NCBI RefSeq assembly: GCF_054482525.1
Contig: NZ_CM137006.1
Length of the DNA stretch: 64,000 nucleotides
Direction: 5' to 3' (one strand)
Positions 1 through 11,466 of the stretch are shown in pieces; position 1 is the first letter of the stretch; every line of letters starts with the position of its first letter. Made by a program: the position numbers and the translations under genes. A model generated the notes under the pieces. It searched no databases and had not been told where the DNA came from. It was given only the letters and a program-made list of their open reading frames with translations.

Positions 1-294
1 GGCTGGTTGCTGCATGGGCAGGAGTCGATTCTGGTGCCAGATTTCAACACCAAATGTCAGTGCCAGATTTTAGGTGAAGGGATTGGTTTTTTGCCGGATT
101 ACATGGTCCGTGAGGCGATGACGCAATCCCTGCTGGTTACCCGACAAATCCATAATCCGCGCCAGGATTCGCGCATGTTACTGGCGACTCAGCATTCTGC
201 TACGGGTCAGGTGACGCAGTGGATTAAAAAACAATTTGCGCCAAATGGCATATTAACGGGGATCTATCAGGATTTACTGCATCGGGAGAATTAA
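1..294 (+). CDS. yahB: LysR-family transcriptional regulator, C-terminal part (5' end lies outside the window)
   Basis: Open frame runs in from the window edge to a stop at 294; the LysR co-inducer-domain-like C-terminus converges on pdeL as in K-12 synteny. Confidence 0.6.
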   Translation, partial: GWLLHGQESILVPDFNTKCQCQILGEGIGFLPDYMVREAMTQSLLVTRQIHNPRQDSRMLLATQHSATGQVTQWIKKQFAPNGILTGIYQDLLHREN

Positions 295-335
295 TCGCTG
301 CCAACCTCCCGATGCGCTGTGAATAGCGGTTTACA

Positions 336-1424
336 TCAACCACCTGCTTTCATTACCCATTCAGAGATAAATTTATTACCCGGAACTGGCGGGGAGTACA
401 AATAGCCCTGTAAAAAGTGAACGCCTTTGCCGATCATTAAATCCGCCTGCTCCTGGGTTTCTACCCCTTCCGCCACGATACTCAGACCAGGCTTACGCGC
501 CAGTTCGACAATATTGTCCACAATATGACCGGATATTTCGTCCACGCTCGCCATTTGCACAAATGACTTATCGATCTTAATAAAATCGACCGGGAACGCC
601 TGCAAGTAACGATAGGTCGCATAACCCGTACCAAAGTCATCCAGCGCAAAGGTAATGTTGTGCTGATGAAGGCTGTCAAATATCGCTCTGGCTTCTGGCG
701 TTACCGGAATAGGGTTACGTTCCGTTAGCTCGAGAACCAGTTTGATTTTATCGTTACCTAATTTCTTAACCAGGTTCAGACACTCTTTTTCAAATCCCGC
801 AGCCAAAAAACAACCCGCCGAGACGTTGATGCCAATATGGAAATTGTCCGGCAGCAAATGTTTTACCGGCATCAGAATATCCGCAGTCTGTTTCATCAAC
901 TGGCGAGTCATTATGACGATAAGACCAGATGACTCCGCCAGAGGAATAAACTGATCCGGTGGGATAATTCCCGTTTGTGGATGTTCCCAGCGGACAAGCA
1001 CCTCACAGCCCGTCAGTACCCCAGTCTGCGCGCAGAAAACCGGTTGGATCCACGGTTTAAACTCATGGTTTTCCAACGCCAGACTGATGGCTTCAGGCGT
1101 GACGATATGGTGATAGTGATTATCATTAATATATTTGTGACTATTATTACCCGTGGCGGATATGATCTCCGGATTGTACTGAAAGAAAATATCCCGCCAG
1201 AAAGTAATATCACTCTGAATCCCCAGTTTCTCAAAGAGCTGTTTCTTTTGATGTGAAATGGTCTTTGCACTGCGATTTCTGTACTGTGATATTTCTGTTA
1301 CAGACATTCCCTGCATCAGCAGCTTGAGTAGCAGTCGTTCTTTCTCGGATACGCTACCAGGCAATGACAAATGAACCGTTGTACCGAACTCTTGCAGAAA
1401 AACACGAAAATCACATGAATTCAT
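336..1424 (-). CDS. pdeL: c-di-GMP phosphodiesterase PdeL (LuxR-type HTH + EAL domain)
   Basis: 362-aa product starting MNSCDFRVFLQEF, with an EAL-domain body and N-terminal LuxR HTH; the track ORF has 2 extra N-terminal codons. Confidence 0.93.
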   Translation of the reverse strand: MNSCDFRVFLQEFGTTVHLSLPGSVSEKERLLLKLLMQGMSVTEISQYRNRSAKTISHQKKQLFEKLGIQSDITFWRDIFFQYNPEIISATGNNSHKYINDNHYHHIVTPEAISLALENHEFKPWIQPVFCAQTGVLTGCEVLVRWEHPQTGIIPPDQFIPLAESSGLIVIMTRQLMKQTADILMPVKHLLPDNFHIGINVSAGCFLAAGFEKECLNLVKKLGNDKIKLVLELTERNPIPVTPEARAIFDSLHQHNITFALDDFGTGYATYRYLQAFPVDFIKIDKSFVQMASVDEISGHIVDNIVELARKPGLSIVAEGVETQEQADLMIGKGVHFLQGYLYSPPVPGNKFISEWVMKAGG

Positions 1425-2256
1425 GAACACACCTTTTATCTTTTATCGCTGTTCAGTATGAGTGATTACCTGTGGATTCCTGAGCACACATAAGGGGTAA
1501 CCATAAACATCAGCGATGCCATACGCATAACATCCCACATCACTATCAAAAAGATTATCTTTACCTCTGATGCTCGCTCAAAAACAGTTACGCTAAATAC
1601 CTTAAAAAGGTAATCACAAGTCAAACTCAGGAGATAATCACGCAAGAATGCAATATTAAAATTCAGATACTCATTTTTGGTAATAAAGAAGTAGTTGGAC
1701 TATTTCAATATTTATAATTTCCCACTACGTATTGACGCCCATTCATGAGTAAAGGCGCATTATATGAATTTAACAATCCAGATCAACTGAAAATACCTCA
1801 ACCTCATAAACACATAGCGTCAACATTCAATGACATAATGAGTAAAGATGTTGGTTATGCATACACGTCATTACTCTATGCCTATCCCTTAACAACCTGC
1901 TTTTTAAGGCTGAATCCATTCAGCAATAGATGGCCAACATTATAACAATGACAATAAAAACAATATTTAAAACAATCAATAAAATATCAGACACAGACAA
2001 TTAAACCTTAAACAACAAACAGTTACATTGATTTTAGTTGATTTGCGCTACGCGTTTCCCATGAATAAAGCGTCATTTCAAATTAGCACCAATATTTACA
2101 TTAAATAAGACTAAGCTTATTGAACATTCACAACAGTCCAAGCGTAGGTTTTGGGCTTCAATAGTTCTTTTCTTTTTTATTATCTGTTGCCTGGCAATCA
2201 TCAATCGATACTAAGGGCTTAACTGTACACAGATATAACGTATCAAGAGGTAAGAG

Positions 2257-2290
2257 AAACCGCGCCATATGCAGACATGGCGCGGTTTTA
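2257..2290. terminator. Hairpin ACCGCGCCAT / ATGGCGCGGT with flanking A/T runs, immediately downstream of betT
   Basis: Perfect 10-bp inverted repeat seen in sequence, U-rich on both strands. Confidence 0.55.
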
Positions 2291-2301
2291 TGCAATAACA
2301 A

Positions 2302-4335
2302 TCACGCGTCCGGGAACATCACGCTATGGCCCGGCGCTTCACGATGGAGATGGATAAAGTTAAGGTGCCGCTCGTACTGGTCGAGAATATCGGTGATCAC
2401 CTGCTCTTTGCTGTAGTCCATCAGGTCGTTGCCCTGGCTGCCTTCTAACAGGAAGGTTTCCAGCCGGTAGTAGGTCGATTTACCGCTACGTGCGCGGTAG
2501 GTAAAGCCCGGCACCGAATATTGCTGCGGCCAAATCTGATAGACAAAGTTTTGCTCTTCGCCCATATGCACCAACAAATCCAGATGCCCCAACTGTTGCC
2601 CCTCTTCCGGCGGCAGGCTTTTTAGCTCCACGTACGCGCCGCGCAACCGCAGTTCCTGCGCCACTTCTTCCATTGCCGGGTAACAGACCGTCTCCATCAT
2701 CTGTTTAGTGTAACGCGTGCCCGGATAATTCATCAGGCGCGAGAGACGTTTTTTCCAGCTCAGGCGATCCTGAAGCCCCAGCGGTCGCGGCGCGGTATCA
2801 CGGTTGGCACTTTCACGGCGGTAATCTTCTACCTTCAGAGATTTATACAACCCCGCCATCACGAAGAAAATCACAAAGCTGAACGGCAGCCCCATGATTA
2901 CCGTGGTGTTTTGCAGCGCGGATATCCCGTTGGTCATCAGCATGCCAAGCGTCAGCAGACCAATCGCCACCGACCAGAAGACGCGCAGCCAGCCGGGGGC
3001 GTCGCTGTTGATATCTTTAAGCTGCGAGGTGAAATTCCCCAGCACCAGCGCACCGGAGTCCGCCGAGGTCACATAAAACAGCAGGCCAGTAATGGTGGCG
3101 ACGGAGGCGCTAAAGGTAAACGCCGGATACTGCGCCAGCAGGCTGTAGAAGCCGCGCTCCGGATGGACCATCGCTTCCTCAGCAAATGCCGCGCCGCCGT
3201 GGATGATTTCATACAGCGCGCTATTGCCGAATACCGAGAGCCATAACAGCGTGAAGGTAAACGGAATAATCAACGTGCCCAGCACGAACTGGCGAATGGT
3301 ACGCCCACGCGAGATACGCGCCAGGAACAGGCCGACAAACGGCGACCATGCCACCCACCATGCCCAGAAGAAGAGCGTCCAGTTATTCATCCACTCAACC
3401 GGACGGTCGAAGGCAAAACTGTTGAGCGTCATTCCCATAAAGCGATTCACATAGTCGCCAACGTTCAGCACCAGCGCATTAAGCAGGAACGAGGTGTCGC
3501 CCATAAACAGCACGAACAGGATCAACCCCAGCGCCAGCGCAACGTTGAGTTCCGATAACACGCGAATGCCCTTATCGACACCGGAGGTGACAGAGATCGT
3601 TGCGATGATCACCGACAAGGCGATCAGTGCTGCTTTCGCCGCCATCGAATCGGGAATATCAAACAGTACGCTCAAGCCATAGTTAAGCTGCACCACACCG
3701 ATACCGAGCGTAGTGGCAATACCGAAGATGGTGCCGATTACCGCTGCAATATCCACTGAATGACCAATCGGCCCGTTAATCCGTTTACCGAAGATCGGGT
3801 ACAGCGCCGAGCGGATGGTGAGCGGCAAATTATAACGATAGCTAAAGTATCCGAGCGCCATGCCCATCAGCGCATACATCGACCAGCCGGTTAAGCCGTA
3901 GTGAAACAGCGTCCAGACCATCGCCTGACGCGCGGCCTCAATCGTCTGACCCGCGCCTTCCGGCGGCTGCATATACTGCGTTACCGGTTCGGCTACGGAG
4001 AAGAACATCAGGTCGATACCGATCCCGGCAGCAAACAGCATCGCCGCCCAACTCAGCAGACTGAACTCCGGTTTGGATTGTTCTGGCCCGAGCTTCACCG
4101 AACCAAAACGCGAACAAGCGATGCAGACCACAAAGACAATATAGAGCGTTGCCGCCAGCAGATAGTACCAACCGAAGGTTTTAGAGACCCAGTCCAGCGT
4201 GCGGCCAATCCACAGGGCCGAGAAGTCGCGAAACAGGATCGTTGTCAGGGAAAACAACAAAATCAGTCCGGCGGAGGTGTAAAACACCACCGGATTGATT
4301 TTGTCCTTTTCCCTGCTGTGTGAAAGGTCTGTCAT
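2302..4335 (-). CDS. betT: Choline transporter BetT (BCCT family)
   Basis: 677-aa polytopic membrane protein, divergent from betIBA. Confidence 0.95.
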   Translation of the reverse strand: MTDLSHSREKDKINPVVFYTSAGLILLFSLTTILFRDFSALWIGRTLDWVSKTFGWYYLLAATLYIVFVVCIACSRFGSVKLGPEQSKPEFSLLSWAAMLFAAGIGIDLMFFSVAEPVTQYMQPPEGAGQTIEAARQAMVWTLFHYGLTGWSMYALMGMALGYFSYRYNLPLTIRSALYPIFGKRINGPIGHSVDIAAVIGTIFGIATTLGIGVVQLNYGLSVLFDIPDSMAAKAALIALSVIIATISVTSGVDKGIRVLSELNVALALGLILFVLFMGDTSFLLNALVLNVGDYVNRFMGMTLNSFAFDRPVEWMNNWTLFFWAWWVAWSPFVGLFLARISRGRTIRQFVLGTLIIPFTFTLLWLSVFGNSALYEIIHGGAAFAEEAMVHPERGFYSLLAQYPAFTFSASVATITGLLFYVTSADSGALVLGNFTSQLKDINSDAPGWLRVFWSVAIGLLTLGMLMTNGISALQNTTVIMGLPFSFVIFFVMAGLYKSLKVEDYRRESANRDTAPRPLGLQDRLSWKKRLSRLMNYPGTRYTKQMMETVCYPAMEEVAQELRLRGAYVELKSLPPEEGQQLGHLDLLVHMGEEQNFVYQIWPQQYSVPGFTYRARSGKSTYYRLETFLLEGSQGNDLMDYSKEQVITDILDQYERHLNFIHLHREAPGHSVMFPDA

Positions 4336-4400
4336 CCAGTATCCCCACTGTTATTGTTACCATTTAAAATCAAATTCGTAACAATTAAGACACATTTTAT

Positions 4401-4414
4401 ATTGAACGTCCAAT
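4401..4414. promoter_or_regulatory. Candidate BetI (TetR-type) operator in the betT-betI divergent promoter region
   Basis: Near-palindrome ATTGAACGTCCAAT centred in the 128-bp intergenic region between the divergent betT and betI starts. Confidence 0.5.
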
Positions 4415-4463
4415 CAATAACCGCTTTAATAGATAAACAACGCTGATGAATGGAGTGGCGAAA

Positions 4464-5051
4464 ATGCCCAAATTGGGGATGCAGTCGATCCGGCGCAGAC
4501 AACTGATCGACGCCACGCTGGAAGCAATAAATGAAGTGGGCATGCACGATGCAACGATCGCGCAGATCGCCCGCCGTGCAGGCGTTTCTACGGGGATCAT
4601 CAGCCACTATTTCAGGGACAAAAATGGCCTGCTGGAAGCAACCATGCGCGATATCACCAGTCAGCTGCGTGACGCGGTTTTGAATCGATTACATGCACTT
4701 CCGCAGGGCAGTGCAGAGCAGCGATTACAGGCGATTGTTGACGGGAATTTCGATGAATCGCAGGTCAGTAATGCTGCGATGAAAGCCTGGTTGGCGTTTT
4801 GGGCCAGCAGTATGCATCAGCCGATGCTTTACCGTTTGCAGCAGGTGAGCAGCCGCCGCTTGTTGTCGAATCTGGTGAGCGAATTTCACCGCGAGTTACC
4901 GCGCCAACAGGCACAGGAAGCGGGCTACGGCCTTGCCGCGCTGATTGACGGATTATGGCTGCGCGCGGCACTGAGCGGCAAACCGCTGGATAAACCTCTC
5001 GCACACTCGCTGACCCGTCACTTTATTACTCAGCATTTACCCACCGATTAA
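4464..5051 (+). CDS. betI: TetR-family repressor BetI
   Basis: 195-aa product starting [24 protein letters not shown] with a TetR HTH; internal start chosen over the track ORF start. Confidence 0.93.
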   Translation: MPKLGMQSIRRRQLIDATLEAINEVGMHDATIAQIARRAGVSTGIISHYFRDKNGLLEATMRDITSQLRDAVLNRLHALPQGSAEQRLQAIVDGNFDESQVSNAAMKAWLAFWASSMHQPMLYRLQQVSSRRLLSNLVSEFHRELPRQQAQEAGYGLAALIDGLWLRAALSGKPLDKPLAHSLTRHFITQHLPTD

Positions 5052-5064
5052 CCGAGGAAACGTG

Positions 5065-6537
5065 ATGTCCCGAATGGCAGAACAGCAGCTTTATATACAT
5101 GGTGGTTATACCTCCGCCACCAGCGGTCGCACCTTCGAGACCATTAACCCGGCCAACGGTAACGTGCTGGCGACCGTGCAGGCCGCCGGGCGTGAGGATG
5201 TCGATCGCGCCGTGAAGAGTGCCCAACAAGGGCAAAAAATCTGGGCGGCGATGACCGCTATGGAGCGCTCGCGTATTCTGCGTCGGGCCGTTGATATTCT
5301 GCGTGAACGCAATGACGAACTCGCAAAACTGGAAACCCTCGACACCGGAAAAGCGTATTCGGAAACCTCAACCGTCGATATCGTTACCGGCGCGGACGTG
5401 CTCGAGTACTACGCCGGGCTGATCCCGTCGCTGGAAGGCAGCCAGATCCCATTGCGTGAGACGTCATTTGTTTATACCCGCCGCGAACCGCTGGGCGTAG
5501 TGGCAGGGATTGGCGCATGGAACTACCCGATCCAGATTGCCTTGTGGAAATCCGCACCGGCGCTGGCGGCAGGCAACGCGATGATTTTCAAACCGAGCGA
5601 AGTCACCCCGCTTACCGCGTTAAAGCTGGCTGAAATTTACAGCGAAGCGGGCCTGCCGGACGGTGTATTTAACGTGCTGCCGGGCGTAGGTGCGGAAACC
5701 GGGCAGTATCTGACCGAGCATCCGGGCATTGCCAAAGTGTCATTTACCGGCGGTGTCGCCAGCGGCAAAAAAGTGATGGCTAACTCGGCGGCTTCCTCCC
5801 TGAAAGAAGTGACCATGGAGCTGGGCGGTAAATCACCGCTGATCGTTTTCGACGATGCAGATCTCGATCTCGCCGCTGATATCGCCATGATGGCGAACTT
5901 CTTCAGCTCCGGTCAGGTGTGTACCAACGGCACCCGCGTCTTCGTTCCGGCGAAATGCAAAGCCGCATTTGAACAAAAGATTCTGGCGCGCGTTGAGCGC
6001 ATTCGCGCGGGCGACGTTTTCGATCCGCAAACTAACTTCGGCCCGCTGGTCAGCTTCCCGCATCGCGATAACGTGCTGCGTTACATCGCCAAAGGCAAAG
6101 AGGAAGGCGCGCGCGTACTGTGCGGCGGCGATGTATTGAAAGGCGATGACTTCGATAACGGCGCATGGGTTGCACCGACCGTGTTCACCGATTGCCGCGA
6201 CGAAATGACCATCGTGCGCGAAGAGATCTTCGGTCCGGTGATGTCGCTTCTCACTTATGAATCTGAGGACGAAGTGATTCGCCGCGCCAATGATACCGAC
6301 TACGGCCTGGCGGCGGGCATCGTGACGGCGGACCTGAACCGCGCGCATCGCGTCATTCATCAGCTGGAAGCGGGTATTTGCTGGATCAACACCTGGGGCG
6401 AATCCCCGGCAGAGATGCCCGTTGGCGGCTACAAACACTCCGGCATTGGTCGCGAGAACGGCGTGATGACGCTCCAGAGTTACACCCAAGTGAAGTCCAT
6501 CCAGGTTGAGATGGCTAAATTCCAGTCCATATTCTAA
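5065..6537 (+). CDS. betB: Betaine aldehyde dehydrogenase BetB
   Basis: 490-aa aldehyde dehydrogenase family protein; 13-bp gap after betI. Confidence 0.95.
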   Translation: MSRMAEQQLYIHGGYTSATSGRTFETINPANGNVLATVQAAGREDVDRAVKSAQQGQKIWAAMTAMERSRILRRAVDILRERNDELAKLETLDTGKAYSETSTVDIVTGADVLEYYAGLIPSLEGSQIPLRETSFVYTRREPLGVVAGIGAWNYPIQIALWKSAPALAAGNAMIFKPSEVTPLTALKLAEIYSEAGLPDGVFNVLPGVGAETGQYLTEHPGIAKVSFTGGVASGKKVMANSAASSLKEVTMELGGKSPLIVFDDADLDLAADIAMMANFFSSGQVCTNGTRVFVPAKCKAAFEQKILARVERIRAGDVFDPQTNFGPLVSFPHRDNVLRYIAKGKEEGARVLCGGDVLKGDDFDNGAWVAPTVFTDCRDEMTIVREEIFGPVMSLLTYESEDEVIRRANDTDYGLAAGIVTADLNRAHRVIHQLEAGICWINTWGESPAEMPVGGYKHSGIGRENGVMTLQSYTQVKSIQVEMAKFQSIF

Positions 6538-6550
6538 CCAGGAGGTTTAT

Positions 6551-8221
6551 TTGCAATTTGACTACATCATTATTGGTGCCGGCTCAGCCGGCAACGTTCT
6601 CGCTACCCGTCTGACTGAAGATCCGAACACAACCGTGCTGCTGCTTGAAGCAGGCGGCCCGGACTATCGCTTTGACTTCCGCACCCAGATGCCCGCCGCG
6701 CTGGCGTTCCCGTTACAGGGTAAACGCTATAACTGGGCCTATGAGACGGAACCGGAACCGTTTATGAACAACCGTCGCATGGAGTGCGGACGCGGTAAGG
6801 GGCTTGGCGGGTCATCACTGATCAACGGCATGTGTTACATCCGTGGTAACGCGCTGGATCTCGATAACTGGGCGCAAGAACCCGGTCTGGAGAACTGGAG
6901 CTACCTCGACTGTCTGCCCTACTATCGCAAGGCCGAGACTCGCGATGTGGGCGAGAACGACTACCACGGTGGCGATGGCCCGGTGAGCGTCACTACCTCC
7001 AAACCCGGCGTCAATCCGCTGTTTGAAGCGATGATTGAAGCGGGCGTGCAGGCGGGCTACCCGCGCACGGACGATCTCAACGGCTATCAGCAGGAAGGTT
7101 TTGGCCCGATGGATCGCACCGTCACGCCGCATGGCCGTCGCGCCAGCACCGCGCGTGGCTATCTCGATCAGGCCAAATCGCGCCCTAACCTGACCATTCG
7201 TACTCACGCCATGACCGATCACATCATTTTTGACGGCAAACGCGCGGTGGGCGTCGAGTGGCTGGAAGGCGACAGCACTATTCCGACCCGCGCGGCGGCG
7301 AATAAAGAAGTGCTGTTATGTGCAGGCGCGATTGCTTCACCGCAGATCCTGCAACGCTCCGGCGTCGGCAACGCTGAACTGCTGGCGGAATTTGATATTC
7401 CGCTGGTGCATGAATTACCTGGCGTCGGCGAAAATCTTCAGGATCACCTGGAGATGTACCTGCAATATGAGTGCAAAGAACCGGTTTCCCTCTACCCTGC
7501 CCTGCAGTGGTGGAATCAGCCGAAAATCGGTGCGGAGTGGCTGTTTGGCGGCACCGGCGTTGGTGCCAGCAACCACTTTGAAGCAGGCGGATTTATTCGC
7601 AGCCGTGAGGAATTTGCGTGGCCGAATATTCAGTACCACTTCCTGCCAGTGGCGATTAACTATAACGGCTCGAACGCAGTGAAAGAGCACGGCTTCCAGT
7701 GCCACGTCGGATCGATGCGCTCGCCAAGCCGTGGGCATGTGCGGATTAAATCCCGCGACCCGCACCAGCATCCGGCAATTCTGTTTAACTACATGTCGCA
7801 CGAGCAGGACTGGCAGGAGTTCCGCGACGCAATTCGCATCACCCGGGAGATCATGCATCAACCGGCGCTGGATCAGTATCGTGGCCGCGAAATCAGCCCC
7901 GGTGTCGAATGCCAGACGGATGAGCAGCTCAATGAGTTCGTGCGTAACCACGCCGAAACCGCCTTCCACCCGTGCGGTACCTGCAAAATGGGTTATGACG
8001 AGATGGCAGTGGTTGACGCCGAAGGCCGCGTACACGGGCTGGAAGGCCTGCGCGTGGTGGATGCGTCAATTATGCCGCAGATTATCACCGGCAATTTGAA
8101 CGCCACGACTATTATGATTGGCGAGAAAATGGCGGATATGATTCGCGGGAAGGATGCGTTGCCGAGGAGCACGGCGGGATATTATGTGGCAAATGGGATG
8201 CCGGTGAGAGCGAAAAAATGA
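6551..8221 (+). CDS. betA: Choline dehydrogenase BetA (GMC oxidoreductase)
   Basis: TTG start preceded by the GGAGG RBS; FAD-binding motif [11 protein letters not shown]; 556 aa. Confidence 0.92.
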   Translation: MQFDYIIIGAGSAGNVLATRLTEDPNTTVLLLEAGGPDYRFDFRTQMPAALAFPLQGKRYNWAYETEPEPFMNNRRMECGRGKGLGGSSLINGMCYIRGNALDLDNWAQEPGLENWSYLDCLPYYRKAETRDVGENDYHGGDGPVSVTTSKPGVNPLFEAMIEAGVQAGYPRTDDLNGYQQEGFGPMDRTVTPHGRRASTARGYLDQAKSRPNLTIRTHAMTDHIIFDGKRAVGVEWLEGDSTIPTRAAANKEVLLCAGAIASPQILQRSGVGNAELLAEFDIPLVHELPGVGENLQDHLEMYLQYECKEPVSLYPALQWWNQPKIGAEWLFGGTGVGASNHFEAGGFIRSREEFAWPNIQYHFLPVAINYNGSNAVKEHGFQCHVGSMRSPSRGHVRIKSRDPHQHPAILFNYMSHEQDWQEFRDAIRITREIMHQPALDQYRGREISPGVECQTDEQLNEFVRNHAETAFHPCGTCKMGYDEMAVVDAEGRVHGLEGLRVVDASIMPQIITGNLNATTIMIGEKMADMIRGKDALPRSTAGYYVANGMPVRAKK

Positions 8222-8431
8222 GTCGTGATGTGAACTGACTCAGGAACCTATCAGATTGAGAGTTACCGTTCTACTATGAGGACCGAATCCTTATATAAAA
8301 CACTGAGGTAACTCTCATGCTTCATATCCAGTATTCATGATGCTGGCTTTTTGCTGATATTTAACCCGAACATTCCTGATACAGACTATTAATTCATTTA
8401 TCTGCGGCAGATTTTATTTTCTGGATATATT

Positions 8432-9100
8432 ATGAGTGAACAAATCAAACAGGATATCGATCTGATTGAGATTTTATTTTATCTGAAGAAAAAGATTCGT
8501 GTTATTCTGTTTATTATGGCTACCTGTATGACAATGGTGCTGTTGTTTCTGTACATCAATAAAGATAATATAAAAGTGAGTTACAGCCTAAAAATAAACC
8601 AGACAACACCAGGCATACTTGTTAGCTGTGATAGCAATAATAATTTTGCCTGTCAGACCACAATGACTGAAGATGTTATTCAGCGAATTACTACATTTTT
8701 TCAGACCAGACCAGATGTCAAGAACAGAGAAATAAAGCTGGAATGGTCAGGAGATAAGAGAGATTTGCCAACTGCTGAAGCGGAAATATCTCGCGTGCAG
8801 GCGTCTATTATCAAATGGTATGCGTCAGAATACCATAATGGCAGGCAAGTTCTCGATGAGATACAAACACCTTCAGCAATTAACAGTGAGCTTTATACAA
8901 AAATGATATACCTGACCAGGAACTGGTCATTGTATCCGAACGGTGATGGCTGTGTAACTATAAGCTCACCAGAAATAAAAAGTAAATATCCTGCTGCCAT
9001 TTGCCTGATTCTGGGATTTTTTCTAAGCATTGTGATTTCTGTAATGTTTTGCCTTGTCAAAAAAATGGTAGATGAATACCAACAAAACTCTGGGCAGTAA
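8432..9100 (+). CDS. ykgH: Inner-membrane protein YkgH
   Basis: 222-aa ORF with N- and C-terminal hydrophobic segments; synteny. Confidence 0.8.
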   Translation: MSEQIKQDIDLIEILFYLKKKIRVILFIMATCMTMVLLFLYINKDNIKVSYSLKINQTTPGILVSCDSNNNFACQTTMTEDVIQRITTFFQTRPDVKNREIKLEWSGDKRDLPTAEAEISRVQASIIKWYASEYHNGRQVLDEIQTPSAINSELYTKMIYLTRNWSLYPNGDGCVTISSPEIKSKYPAAICLILGFFLSIVISVMFCLVKKMVDEYQQNSGQ

Positions 9101-9198
9101 TAAACAGCATTCTGATAGAGAGTGCCTGTATAAAACTGAAGTGACAATGACCGGGAAGGGAACCCGTTTTCAGGAATGGATGCCTGTCTTTTTCACTG

Positions 9199-9234
9199 TA
9201 AATATCCTGGCATTACTAATGCCAGGATATTTAA
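9199..9234. terminator. Bidirectional hairpin terminator between convergent ykgH and ykgG
   Basis: Perfect 15-bp inverted repeat AAATATCCTGGCATT / AATGCCAGGATATTT with a 3-nt loop. Confidence 0.6.
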
Positions 9235-9340
9235 AGAAGAGGAGCATAACCATGACAGAACGGGGTTAAGTCAGGTTGTCCTTAGCGCTATTCGCAACCT
9301 CGTGCCGCCTTCAGGTTTATGTCCAGACTTCATATCTCTC

Positions 9341-10036
9341 TCAGCAATCCTCAATAATCAGATACACCGCTTTCACCGGACCATGAACCCCGACGACTTT
9401 GATAAGCTCAATGTCCGCCGTTGAACTGGGACCACTGATGATGTTAATACATGACGGCATTCGTTCACCGGCCTGCGCTTTCTGATGCAATTTTTCTGCG
9501 AGTTGCGCTACACGCGGCAGGATTGTGCTTTTACGCAGGATAAAAAGAGAAGATTCCGGGAGCAGGCTCAATGAACGCCCGCGCTCGGCGGCGGAAAAAA
9601 GAACCACGCCTCCCGATTCGGTTAAACCATATTCAGCATACACGACACCCACTTTAGCCTGCTCTGCCTGTGAGATATTCTCGGCACCTTTCGCCGGATC
9701 CCAAACAACGACATTGCATTCCTGCTGCAAACGTTCGCTAATCCCCAATTCCTCCAGCCTCGTGTCACCGCTAATCACGACCGACTGATCTCCCAGCTCT
9801 TTACACAGACGTATTGCAGCTTCTGCCGCCTTCGCCTCGCTGGTCAGTTCACAGCGCGTCAACATAACATCGCTGGCAAACTGAATAAACGCGTCACAAC
9901 GCTGCTGTTGGGTAAGTTGGGTAAGCCGCTCGTTAGCATAGTTGTTAAGCGGCGCATCTTCTGCTTGCGGTTCAAGTCGCAGCGGGCGACCCAGTGCCTG
10001 AGCAACGTTATTCAAAAATTCGCTCCGATTATCCAT
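9341..10036 (-). CDS. ykgG: LutC-like lactate-utilisation protein YkgG
   Basis: 231-aa product from internal start MDNRSEF; 8-nt overlap with the ykgF stop. Confidence 0.88.
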   Translation of the reverse strand: MDNRSEFLNNVAQALGRPLRLEPQAEDAPLNNYANERLTQLTQQQRCDAFIQFASDVMLTRCELTSEAKAAEAAIRLCKELGDQSVVISGDTRLEELGISERLQQECNVVVWDPAKGAENISQAEQAKVGVVYAEYGLTESGGVVLFSAAERGRSLSLLPESSLFILRKSTILPRVAQLAEKLHQKAQAGERMPSCINIISGPSSTADIELIKVVGVHGPVKAVYLIIEDC

Positions 10037-11456
10037 TCTTTTTCTCCTGCGCCTGATGTTTCTTAAACCAACTACGGAAACTCTCTCCGTCAGCTTCAGG
10101 AAGATCGCGTGCTTCCATCCAGTCGCTAATCGCGCCAAATTTGAGTGGTGTTTTGCCGCCATTGATAAACCAGCTTGCCGCATGAGCACCAGCCATCATC
10201 CCGACTTTCCACAATCCTGGATGACTATTGGCATAAGCGAACATTTTTATCGCCCGTTGCTCTGCTTTTGCGGTGATCCCTTTTTCAGCCATCACCCGAC
10301 GATGACGCAAAATCAGTTTTGACAGCGGAATACGCACCGGACACACGCTGTCACAAGCTGTGCATAAAGAGCAGGCGTAGGGTAAATCTTTAAAATCTTT
10401 ATAGCCGCCAAGTAACGGGGAAATCACCGCACCAATTGGCCCTGGATAAATAGAGCCATATCCATGACCGCCAATATGGCGATATGCCGGACAAGTATTC
10501 ATACAAGCCCCGCAGCGAATACAGCGCAGCACATCCCGAAATTCAGAGGCCAGCACCTCAGAACGCCCGTTATCGACAATAACCAGATGAAACTCTTCAG
10601 GACCATCAACGTGCCCCGCTTCGCGCGGTCCTGTCAGCCAGGTGTTGTATCCCGTCAAACGTGCACCAACGGCACTGCGCGCCAGCATGGTGATCAATAC
10701 ATCTACCTCGGCAAACGTGGGGGCAATACGCTCCATTCCCATCACTGCAATATGCGTTTTAGGCAGCGTGGTACACATTCGCGCATTACCTTCATTGGTC
10801 ACCAGGCATACCGAACCGGTCTCTGCCACCGCGAAATTACAGCCGGTAATACCTATTTCAGCACTGAGGAAATCTTCGCGGATTTTTTGCCGGATGAATA
10901 AGGTCATTGCTTCAGGCGTTTCCGACCCCTCATAGCCCAGACGTTCGTGTAGCACCCGACGGATCTGATGGCGATCTTTATGAATTGCCGGGACCACAAC
11001 ATGAGAGGGCGGATCTTGATCCAGCTGGAGAATGTATTCACCCAGATCGGTTTCAATCACCTGAATGCCAGCATCCTGCAACACATGATTGACACCAATC
11101 TCTTCGGTCACCATCGATTTAGATTTCACCACCTTCCGGGCATTTTTGCGTTGGGCAACCTGTAAAATGTAGCGGGTAGCGTCTTCTTTGGTTTTTGCAA
11201 AATAGACGTGACCGCCGTTTTGCGTCACTTTTTCTGAGAGCTGGTACAGATAAGCGTCGAGATTACTCAGAACATGATCACGTATCTGGGCGGCCCGATC
11301 GCGCCACTCCTCCCAGTGCCCCAATTCATCGACCATTTTTTGCCGATTTGCCCCGATACGCTGCTGCGCGTTTGCCACCGCTTTGCGCATGATAGGATCT
11401 TCAATTTGCTGACGGATGCGTGTCTTAAAATCTGTATTACTGGTTTTGATCGACAT
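10029..11456 (-). CDS. ykgF: LutB-like iron-sulfur oxidoreductase YkgF (4Fe-4S ferredoxin motifs)
   Basis: 475 aa with CxxCxxCxxxCP motifs (CIRCGACMNTCP, CSLCTACDSVCP). Confidence 0.92.
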   Translation of the reverse strand: MSIKTSNTDFKTRIRQQIEDPIMRKAVANAQQRIGANRQKMVDELGHWEEWRDRAAQIRDHVLSNLDAYLYQLSEKVTQNGGHVYFAKTKEDATRYILQVAQRKNARKVVKSKSMVTEEIGVNHVLQDAGIQVIETDLGEYILQLDQDPPSHVVVPAIHKDRHQIRRVLHERLGYEGSETPEAMTLFIRQKIREDFLSAEIGITGCNFAVAETGSVCLVTNEGNARMCTTLPKTHIAVMGMERIAPTFAEVDVLITMLARSAVGARLTGYNTWLTGPREAGHVDGPEEFHLVIVDNGRSEVLASEFRDVLRCIRCGACMNTCPAYRHIGGHGYGSIYPGPIGAVISPLLGGYKDFKDLPYACSLCTACDSVCPVRIPLSKLILRHRRVMAEKGITAKAEQRAIKMFAYANSHPGLWKVGMMAGAHAASWFINGGKTPLKFGAISDWMEARDLPEADGESFRSWFKKHQAQEKKNG

Positions 11457-11466
11457 CTTTATATCC

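Noticed and set aside
1745-1945. 66-aa ORF in the pdeL upstream region
   Set aside because: AT-rich low-complexity translation with no RBS, in a known regulatory interval
5833-6489. 218-aa minus-strand ORF inside betB, plus similar long antisense ORFs inside betA (7415-8035), paoC (43950-44459), eaeH and ykgF
   Set aside because: They lie entirely antisense within well-supported high-GC genes; typical shadow ORFs with no independent start or RBS evidence
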